Positions 54,601-64,000 of a DNA stretch of 64,000 nt are shown piece by piece. Where the stretch lies: positions 16,058,001 to 16,122,000 of the forward strand of contig OZ059899.1 of the NCBI GenBank assembly GCA_964057225.1, in the 5' to 3' direction. Below the pieces are notes generated by a model. It was not told the DNA's origin. It worked only from the letters and a program-made list of their open reading frames with translations, and did no database searches. This DNA is from Auanema rhodensis (taxonomy: Eukaryota > Animalia > Nematoda). Positions within the stretch are counted from its first letter, which is position 1; each line of letters opens with the position of its first letter. The position numbers and the translations under genes were made by a program.

Positions 54601-54991
54601 CCTCCGAAGAGACTGGTGCCTTAAACCAGCGCCTTAGACCGCTCGGCCATCTCACCATGATGTGACTACTTCTGTTGTATGCTATATTCGAATTTGATCA
54701 TCGCAGTGGGGTAAAAACAATTCTAGCTACGTTGGAATGTCAAAAAATATCTGATGAGAGTGGGATTCGAACCCACGCCTCCGAAGAGACTGGTGCCTAA
54801 AACCAGCGCCTTAGACCGCTCGGCCGTGTCACCATGATGTGACTATTTCTGTCGTATGTTATATTTGAATTTGATCATCGCAGTAGGGTAAAAACAATTC
54901 TAGCTACGTTGGAATGTCAAAAAATATCTGATGAGAGTGGGATTCGAACCCACGCCTCCGAAGAGACTGGTGCCTTAAACCAGCGCCTTAG

Positions 54992-56947
54992 TGTCACATC
55001 TGCAAGCACATGGTAAACATGTGCGCGCTATTCAAATAGCGGGAGCCTGAACAAGCCCCGCCCACAACATGGGACACACATGGCACTCTTGCTTCTGGCC
55101 TAACCCAGATAGGTTGTCTTATAGCCATGTGAGTCTCATCTCTATATCATCTATATATATACTCTATTTAATACTTTATTATATCTCTTTATATTCTTTC
55201 TTAATGTAATTCTTATATTGTATTTTCTTGTTATCTGATAATGAATCCTTTTCTCTTTGAGTATTTGTCTTAATAAGGAAATCGGAGCGTTCGGGTCTGC
55301 CTACCTAAGGAACAAGGTAGAAGTACATATATCTTCCGACCATGAAAAGACGGGAAGAAACAATATGTAACGTGGAGGTTCCACCTTGCTTACTTTACTG
55401 TTAATTTATTGACAGCAAGTTTACGAGACTTTTGGACTTAATTACCCAACAGTGAGGAGTAACCGAGCCGTGCACCATGATTTCCCCAAAAATTATTTTG
55501 GCTACCACTTCTCCTCCGCTCAACGAAAACTGGGAGGTGTCTGAGACGTTTGGGGAAACTATCAGACAATAGTTTTGACGAGCGTTACCTTTTTGTTATG
55601 CACGCGCGTGCTATTTTGATTCATTACTTTATGATGTGAATGTCCAGTGTGGCAACAGAGCTCACTTTTTAGCTGAGTTGTTTGGAAGCTGGAGGCTGTT
55701 GGGATAATTTTATTTACGATTTTTGATTTTGATTCACATCCAAGGGTTCATCAGGGTTCTACTCCTGTTAACTCTTTTCTTATTAGTTCAGAGATAATAA
55801 GAATATTTAAATTCCTACCCACCCAAGTCCACTCTACGTCTGCCAACGTTTCCTTTTTCCTATATTATTGACAGATTACTGAATTTAAATTCCTATATCA
55901 ATCTTAAATTACCTTCTAAATCTTTTGAAATTAAATTAAAAATTATCTTAATTAAGATTTATTTTGGAATTCTTTCTACAAATCTTAATAAACTTTATAA
56001 AATTGAACTTAATATACGAGATGAGACATTTTTGTTTACTTTAAGCTTACTCACATTCAAATAGTTGGCCCACGCGTACCAGCTGTTCGGCATGTGTAGG
56101 CAATAACAGCTGTTAAAATTCAAAAGTTTTCAAACAGGCTTAAGGCACCATCTGTGATTCCTTATTTGTCTCTAAGCTGACATAAGTGATTATAATATTC
56201 AAATATCACGACAGACGGTCAATGGTTGTTTACCATAAGCGCTAACATCTGGTGTCGTGACACATGGCTGGAGGCGGAGCTTGAAGCTTCAACGATCCTC
56301 CTTCATCAGACGCCATTGTCACAAACGTTTTTACTGGAGTCTAGTTGCTTCCAGTACGCGCTCTTATATTCATCTAACTGTATTCACCAGCCACCCTGTC
56401 GGACTCGGACATCAGCGAGGAAAACAAAGATCAGGAACAAGGATCACCAGAGGTACGCCAAGTTTTTGAATTTAATTCTAAAAACTTAAATACTCCATCC
56501 ACCTACCTCTCTCCTTTTGAATTTTTGAGAGAAGAAGGTGATTCCTCTTCTTCTTCTCATTCTTCTTCTCTAACAATTAGAACGAGAAGTAAAAGCAGAA
56601 AGGCCATCACTGAGGAAACACCTCGGGCACCTACTGAAGTACGAAATAGATCACCAAGTCGGTGGGCCGCTGCTATAACTAAAGCTTTTGAAAGAAAAAT
56701 GACTCCTACCTCTCCATCTCCTAATTCTAATGTTGCTCCACCCTCTAGAAATATGGCAACTATTTTAAATTGCCATCTCTGTCCCAGGTATGACGGCTCT
56801 CGTAGCTTTCGTTCTTTTGTTGAATCTTTAAATAGATTTTTTAATGTTATGAATCTAAGCTTACCTGAGAGACTATTAATTTTGCCTCTTCTTTTGGAAT
56901 CAAATGAAACAGCTCTCTCCTTGTACGGGAAGAAACAATATGTAACG
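54992..56947 (+). mobile_element. Internally deleted LTR retrotransposon, copy 2
   Basis: Same junctions and ORFs as copy 1 at offset 8728 (LTR 54992-55372, PBS 55373-55385). Confidence 0.88.
56525..56924 (+). pseudogene. gag: Truncated gag-like ORF, copy 2
   Basis: Translation identical to that of copy 1. Confidence 0.65.
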
Positions 56948-59355
56948 TTAGACCGCTCGGCCATCTCACCATGATGTGACTACTTCTGTTGTATGCTATA
57001 TTCGAATTTGATCATCGCAGTAGGGTAAAAACAATTTTAGCTAAGTTGGAATGCCAAAAAATATCTGATGAGAGTGGGATTCGAACCCACGCCTCCGAAG
57101 AGACTGGTGCCTAAAACCAGCGCCTTAGACCGCTCGGCCATCTCACCATGATGTGACTACTTCTGTTGTATGCTATATTCGAATTTCATCATCGCAGTAG
57201 GGTAAAAACAATTTTAGCTAAGTTGGAATGCCAAAAAATATCTGATGAGAGTGGGATTCGAACCCACGCCTCCGAAGAGACTGGTGCCTAAAACCAGCGC
57301 CTTAGACCGCTCGGCCATCTCACCATGATGTGACTACTTCTGTTGTATGCTATATTCGAATTTCATCATCGCAGTAGGGTAAAAACAATTCTAGCTACGT
57401 TGGAATGTCAAAAAATATCTGATGAGAGTGGGATTCGAACCCACGCCTCCGAAGAGACTGGTGCCTTAAACCAGCGCCTTAGACCGCTCGGCCATCTCAC
57501 CATGATGTGACTACTTCTGTTGTATGCTATATTCGAATTTGATCATCGCAGTGGGGTAAAAACAATTCTAGCTACGTTGGAATGTCAAAAAATATCTGAT
57601 GAGAGTGGGATTCGAACCCACGCCTCCGAAGAGACTGGTGCCTTAAACCAGCGCCTTAGACCGCTCGGCCATCTCACCATGATGTGACTATTTCTGTCGT
57701 ATGTTATATTTGAATTTGATCATCGCAGTAGGGTAAAAACAATGTTAGCAACGTTGGAATGCCAAAAAATATCTGATGAGAGTGGGATTCGAACCCACGC
57801 CTCCGAAGAGACTGGTGCCTTAAACCAGCGCCTTAGACCGCTCGGCCGTGTCACCATGATGTGACTATTTCAGTCGTATGTTATATTTGAATTTGATCAT
57901 CGCAGTAGGGTAAAAACAATTCTAGCTACGTTGGAATGTCAAAAAATATCTGATGAGAGTGGGATTCGAACCCACGCCTCCGAAGAGACTGGTGCCTAAA
58001 ACCAGCGCCTTAGACCGCTCGGCCATCTCACCATGATGTGACTACTTCTGTTGTATGCTATATTCGAATTTCATCATCGCAGTAGGGTAAAAACAATTTT
58101 AGCTAAGTTGGAATGCCAAAAAATATCTGATGAGAGTGGGATTCGAACCCACGCCTCCGAAGAGACTGTTGCCTAAAACCAGCGCCTTAGACCGCTCGGC
58201 CGTGTCACCATGATGTGACTATTTCTGTCGTATGTTATATTTGAATTTGATCATCGCAGTAGTGTAAAAACAATTCTAGCTACGTTGGAATGTCAAAAAA
58301 TATCTGATGAGAGTGGGATTCGAACCCACGCCTCCGAAGAGACTGGTGCCTTAAACCAGCGCCTTAGACCGCTCGGTCATCTCACCATGATGTGACTATT
58401 TCTGTCGTATGTTATATTTAAATTTGATCATAGTAGTAGGGTAAAAACAATTTTAGCTAAGTTGGAATGCCAAAAAATATCTGATGAGAGTGGGATTTTA
58501 ACCCACGCCTCCGAAGAGACTGGTGCCTTAAACCAGCGCCTTAGACCGCTCGGCCGTGTCACCATGATGTGACTATTTCAGTCGTATGTTATATTTGAAT
58601 TTGATCATCGCAGTAGGGTAAAAACAATTCTAGCTACGTTGGAATGCCAAAAAATATCTGATGAGAGTGGGATTCGAACCCACGCCTCCGAAGAGACTGG
58701 TGCCTTAAACCAGCGCCTTAGACCGCTCGGCCGTGTCACCATGATGTGACTATTTCAGTCGTATGTTATATTTGAATTTGATCATCGCAGTAGGGTAAAT
58801 ACAATTCTAGCTACGTTGGAATGTCAAAAAATATCTGATGAGAGTGGGATTCGAACCCACGCCTCCGAAGAGACTGGTGCCTTAAACCAGCGCCTTAGAC
58901 CGCTCGGCCATCTCACCATGATGTGACTACTTCTGTTGTATGCTATATTCGAATTTGATCATCGCAGTGGGGTAAAAACAATTTTAGCTAAGTTGGAATG
59001 CCAAAAAATATCTGATGAGAGTGGGATTCGAACCCACGCCTCCGAAGAGACTGGTGCCTAAAACCAGCGCCTTAGACCGCTCGGCCATCTCACCATGATG
59101 TGACTACTTCTGTTGTATGCTATATTCGAATTTCATCATCGCAGTAGGGTAAAAACAATTTTAGCTAAGTTGGAATGCCAAAAAATATCTGATGAGAGTG
59201 GGATTCGAACCCACGCCTCCGAAGAGACTGGTGCCTAAAACCAGCGCCTTAGACCGCTCGGCCATCTCACCATGATGTGACTACTTCTGTTTTATGTTCC
59301 AACCCACGCCTCCGAAGAGACTGGTGCTTTTAACCAGCGCCTTAGACCGCTCGGC

Positions 59356-59995
59356 CACTATGGAGCTCATTTTAGTGCAAAAAATTATCTCTATCGTCGT
59401 ATAGGATTACGGTAGCCTTCTATTTCTATTATATTTCTACTTATTCCTTGTTTTTTGTTGTTTATTCACCTAATTTCTCTGTTTCTCATGAATATTTTTC
59501 TAATTCATCGTTACTTTTATCTTACAATATGGAAAAAATAATTATATTTGAAGTTATTTCTGTCGTCGGCTATGATAAAGTCGGAATCTTTATCAGTGTT
59601 GTCAAAAACTGAATATATGTTTTCTCGAGGAGTATAGAACTTGCCGACTTCCAGCTTCGGCTTCATGTCTGTTTTCTGCAGTTCTCTTCTTTGAACACTG
59701 AGAAGACTTGTACGGCTTCTTGTGCGGCTGCCGACACAAGCGTCACTGCTGGTACCGGACGGGTAAAAATCTGGGCAAGCCAATGAGAATTTTTTGGCCA
59801 CCTTTGTAGGACTCTTGGTTTCGAAAAACCGAGAGTGGTGAGCTACGTGTGGCCCGTTGACGTAAGGTGCGTAAGATTGTTTTAGATGTGTGTTAGGAAG
59901 AGAGAGAGTTTCAAGAGCAAAAGGACAGGCGTGCTTCGCTGGGCGACGCGGAGGGTATATGAAAGGGATTTTTTTCCAACAGTCTCTTCGGAGCA
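59356..59995 (-). mobile_element. 640-bp CACTATG fragment, copy 10
   Basis: Same junctions; shares the PSGT and QRRE variants with copy 11. Confidence 0.6.
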
Positions 59996-61167
59996 GCCTC
60001 AGACCGCTCGGCCATCTCACCATGATGTGACTATTTCTGTCGTATGTTATATTTAAATTTGATCATAGTAGTAGGGTAAAAACAATGTTAGCAACGTTGG
60101 AATGCCAAAAAATATCTGATGAGAGTGGAATTCGAACCCACGCCTACGAAGAGACTGGTGACTAAAACCAGCGCCTTAGACCGCCCGGCCATCTTACCAT
60201 GATGTGACTATTTCTGTCGTATGTTATATTTGAATTTGATCATCGCAGTAGGGTAAAAACAATGTTAGCAACGTTGGAATGCCAAAAAATATCTGATGAG
60301 AGTGGGATTCGAACCCACGCCTCCGAAGAGACTGGTGCCTTAAACCAGCGCCTTAGACCGCTCGGCCGTGTCACCATGATGTGACTATTTCAGTCGTATG
60401 TTATATTTGAATTTGATCATCGCAGTAGGGTAAAAACAATTCTAGCTACGTTGGAATGCCAAAAAATATCTGATGAGAGTGGGATTCGAACCCACGCCTC
60501 CGAAGAGACTGGTGCCTTAAACCAGCGCCTTAGACCGCTCGGCCGTGTCACCATGATGTGACTATTTCAGTCGTATGTTATATTTGAATTTGATCATCGC
60601 AGTAGGGTAAAAACAATTCTAGCTACGTTGGAATGTCAAAAAATATCTGATGAGAGTGGGATTCGAACCCACGCCTCCGAAGAGACTGGTGCCTTAAACC
60701 AGCGCCTTAGACCGCTCGGCCATCTCACCATGATGTGACTACTTCTGTTGTATGCTATATTCGAATTTGATCATCGCAGTGGGGTAAAAACAATTTTAGC
60801 TAAGTTGGAATGCCAAAAAATATCTGATGAGAGTGGGATTCGAACCCACGCCTCCGAAGAGACTGGTGCCTAAAACCAGCGCCTTAGACCGCTCGGCCAT
60901 CTCACCATGATGTGACTACTTCTGTTGTATGCTATATTCGAATTTCATCATCGCAGTAGGGTAAAAACAATTTTAGCTAAGTTGGAATGCCAAAAAATAT
61001 CTGATGAGAGTGGGATTCGAACCCACGCCTCCGAAGAGACTGGTGCCTAAAACCAGCGCCTTAGACCGCTCGGCCATCTCACCATGATGTGACTACTTCT
61101 GTTTTATGTTCCAACCCACGCCTCCGAAGAGACTGGTGCTTTTAACCAGCGCCTTAGACCGCTCGGC

Positions 61168-61807
61168 CACTATGGAGCTCATTTTAGTGCAAAAAATTAT
61201 CTCTATCGTCGTATAGGATTACGGTAGCCTTCTATTTCTATTATATTTCTACTTATTCCTTGTTTTTTGTTGTTTATTCACCTAATTTCTCTGTTTCTCA
61301 TGAATATTTTTCTAATTCATCGTTACTTTTATCTTACAATATGGAAAAAATAATTATATTTGAAGTTATTTCTGTCGTCGGCTATGATAAAGTCGGAATC
61401 TTTATCAGTGTTGTCAAAAACTGAATATATGTTTTCTCGAGGAGTATAGAACTTGCCGACTTCCAGCTTCGGCTTCATGTCTGTTTTCTGCAGTTCTCTT
61501 CTTTGAACACTGAGAAGACTTGTACGGCTTCTTGTGCGGCTGCCGACACAAGCGTCACTGCTGGTACCGGACGGGTAAAAATCTGGGCAAGCCAATGAGA
61601 ATTTTTTGGCCACCTTTGTAGGACTCTTGGTTTCGAAAAACCGAGAGTGGTGAACTACGTGTGGCCCGTTGACGTAAGGTGCGTAAGATTGTTTTAGATG
61701 TGTGTTAGGAAGAGAGAGAGTTTCAAGGGCAAAAGGACAGGCGTGCTTCGCTGGGCGATGCGGAGGGTATATGAAAGGGATTTTTTTCCAACAGTCTCTT
61801 CGGAGCA
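61168..61807 (-). mobile_element. 640-bp CACTATG fragment, copy 11
   Basis: 1812 bp after copy 10. Confidence 0.6.
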
Positions 61808-62532
61808 GCCTCAGACCGCTCGGCCATCTCACCATGATGTGACTATTTCTGTCGTATGTTATATTCAAATTTGATCATAGTAGTAGGGTAAAAACAATGT
61901 TAGCAACGTTGGAATGCCAAAAAATATCTGATGAGAGTGGGATTCGAACCCACGCCTCCGAAGAGACTGGTGCCTTAAACCAGCGCCTTAGACCGCTCGG
62001 CCATCTCACCATGATGTGACTATTTCTGTCGTATGTTATATTTGAATTTGATCATCGCAGTAGTGTAAAAACAATTCTAGCTACGTTGGAATATCAAAAA
62101 TAATCTGATGAGAGTGGGATTCCAACCCACGCCTACGAAGAGACTGGTGACTAAAACCAGCGCCTTAGACCGCCCGGCCATCTTACCATGATGTGACTAT
62201 TTCTGTCGTATGTTATATTTGAATTTCATCATAGTAGTAGGGTAAAAACAATGTTAGCAACGTTGGAATGCCAAAAAATATCTGATGAGAGTGGGATTCG
62301 AACCCACGCCTCCGAAGAGACTGGTGCCTTAAACCAGCGCCTTAGACCGCTCGGCCATCTCACCATGATGTGACTATTTCTGTCGTATGTTATATTTGAA
62401 TTTGATCATCGCAGTAGGGTAAAAACAATTCTAGCTACGTTGGAATGTCAAAAAATATCTGATGAGAGTGGGATTCGAACCCACGCCTCCGAAGAGACTG
62501 GTGCCTTAAACCAGCGCCTTAGACCGCTCGGC

Positions 62533-62690
62533 AGTAGAGAGCCGTGCAAAATTTACTAACCACGCCCCCAAACAGCTGTCAAAAACATACTTTTGGGGGC
62601 GTCAGCTGCTAAAAACATACTTTTGGGGCGCGTCAGCTGTCAAAAACATATTTTTGAGCGTCAGCTGTTAAAATCATATTTTAGGATCAT
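62533..62690. mobile_element. Probable terminus of another DNA transposon bounding the array
   Basis: The tRNA breaks at GCTCGGC|AGTAGAGAGCCGTG, followed by four ~30-bp repeats (CAGCTGTCAAAAACATACTTTTGGGGGCGT) and an inverted pair ACGCCCCCAAA/TTTGGGGGCGT. Confidence 0.45.
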
Positions 62691-63185
62691 GGTTCATGGA
62701 TTTTCCTTTTTTAAATATAAAAGTCATGATTTAAAGCATGATTTTTTTTTTTTTGATTTTTTTTTTTTTTAATTTTTTTTTTTTTTAAAATCAAATTTAA
62801 ATATGCTTTTTCAAATGTATGTATATATTTTCAATTATTTTTAAATATATTAAGTAAAAATAAAAATCTTAATTTTAAATATTTAAATTATATTTAAATT
62901 TTATATATATTTAAATTTTATTTAAACTTTAATTATTTAAATTATATTTAAATTTTATATATATAAATTATATTTAAACTTTAAATTTTATATATAAATT
63001 ATATTTAAATTTTAAATATATAAATTTGTTTTTAAATTTTATTTATTTCTTTATTATATTTATTAATAATGTTTGTTTACTTATTTTGTTTATTTTTTAT
63101 TGTATTGTGTTTGTATTGTTTTTATTTTAAAGATCAATAAAATTTTTGCATGTAGATAATTTTGTTCACCGTACTTGTTATGGGT

Positions 63186-63394
63186 AATTCAATGGAACAC
63201 ATATCAAAAGTTAATTCGATAAGAACGATATGAAATACAAAATTCAATGGAACACATATCGAAGGTTAATTCGATAAGAACGATATGAAATACAAAATTC
63301 AATGGAACACATATCGAAGGTTAATTCGATAAGAACGATATGAAATACCAAAATTTAATGGAACACATATCGAAAGTTAATTCGATAAGAACGA
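63186..63394. repeat. 55-bp minisatellite, about 4 copies
   Basis: AATTCAATGGAACACATATCGAAGGTTAATTCGATAAGAACGATATGAAATACAA at 63186, 63241, 63296 and ~63352. Confidence 0.9.
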
Positions 63395-63742
63395 CATTAA
63401 ATTATTAATTTTTGAAATTACAAATTGTTATTAATTATATTTATTCTAACAAGTAAAAGTTTCAAATTATAATAAAAGATTAGTTTTAAACTTTATTTTA
63501 CTAATATAACAATACAATAACTAAATAGAGCACACATTGAAGGTAAATACAATAAGATTAACAAACAGTTGCGCTGACCTCAATGAAACGCATAAAGTTA
63601 ATTTAATAAGAACTAATAACAAAAATTAATCCGACGGGGACAATAAAAACAGATGTATTCAATAAGCTTATTTATTTTAAAGTTTATCGCAACTGCTAGT
63701 TTTGACAGCTGTACCCAAATCCATGTTACATAACAAATTACA

Positions 63743-64000
63743 ATGCCAACAGCAATGTGTAGACTGATGTATTCATTATATCAAGGTACAATGGCTGCTA
63801 ATAGGTTGTGTCTTTTTGATTATTTGTTTGTAAACTTTTTCTTTTTTTAGTTATAAACGTTTATGTGAAGAGCTAGGATTTGATTATGAAGAAATCAATC
63901 AGCTCAGGTAATTTAACAATATTTTGAATCTTTATATATATTTTGTTTTTTAGTAAACGTATAAAGTTTACCGAGGCTGGTGGGATCGAGCTCTGTGAGC
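63743..64000 (+). CDS. 5' part of a spliced gene of unknown product (exons 63743-63804, 63851-63907, 63954->64000)
   Basis: Two 46-nt GT..TTTTTAG introns in matching phase 2 give an open frame MPTAMCRLMYSLYQGTMAANSYKRLCEELGFDYEEINQLSKRIKFTEAGGIELCE. The start codon is uncertain. Confidence 0.5.

Larger units (their letters stand above)
40202..57657. repeat. 8728-bp tandem segmental duplication (40202-48929 and 48930-57657)
   Basis: All inserts and the order of unit variants repeat at +8728 (42415/51143, 47797/56525). Confidence 0.9.
1..62532 (-). repeat. Tandem array of ~177-bp tRNA-Leu gene units (about 250-260 units, interrupted by transposon remnants)
   Basis: The motif TGATGAGAGTGGGATTCGAACCC recurs every 177 bp (126, 303, 480, ...; some units are 178 bp). 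Unit count is (62532 minus ~16.4 kb of inserts)/177. The array runs off the left edge of the window. Confidence 0.98.
27650..62532 (-). tRNA. tRNA-Leu cluster, segment 4 (mixed AAG/TAG with many degenerate copies, interspersed with inserts)
   Basis: Units share the spacer sub-family CATGATGTGACTA(T/C)TTCTGT and are organised in higher-order blocks that end in the 640-bp insert. Confidence 0.9.

Noticed and set aside
1-62532. CRISPR-like repeat-spacer array
   Set aside because: Spacers are near-identical rather than unique, the repeat is an 82-nt tRNA, there are no cas genes and the context is eukaryotic.

Overview
Eukaryotic, AT-rich DNA, most likely nematode (inferred from the tRNA sequence and ~44-46-nt introns with TTTTAG/TTTCAG acceptors). 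Bases 1-62532 are a head-to-tail array of roughly 250-260 units of ~177 bp (estimated from length). Each unit is an 82-nt minus-strand tRNA-Leu gene with A and B boxes, an upstream TATAA and a T5-6 Pol III terminator, plus a ~95-bp spacer. AAG and TAG anticodon versions of the same tRNA body are interleaved, there is one TAA copy, and several structurally broken variants have been co-amplified. The array behaves like satellite DNA, with regional sub-families, higher-order repeats and an 8728-bp tandem duplication. It is interrupted by a one-ended Mutator-like (MULE) element with a spliced DDE transposase (19200-23056; truncated duplicate 2015-3586), 11 copies of a 640-bp one-ended DNA-transposon fragment starting CACTATG, and two copies of an internally deleted LTR retrotransposon with a tRNA-Gln primer-binding site. 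The array ends at 62532 in another probable element end, followed by minisatellites and the start of a spliced ORF. The many 61-114 aa ORFs in the track are antisense readings of the tRNA repeat.
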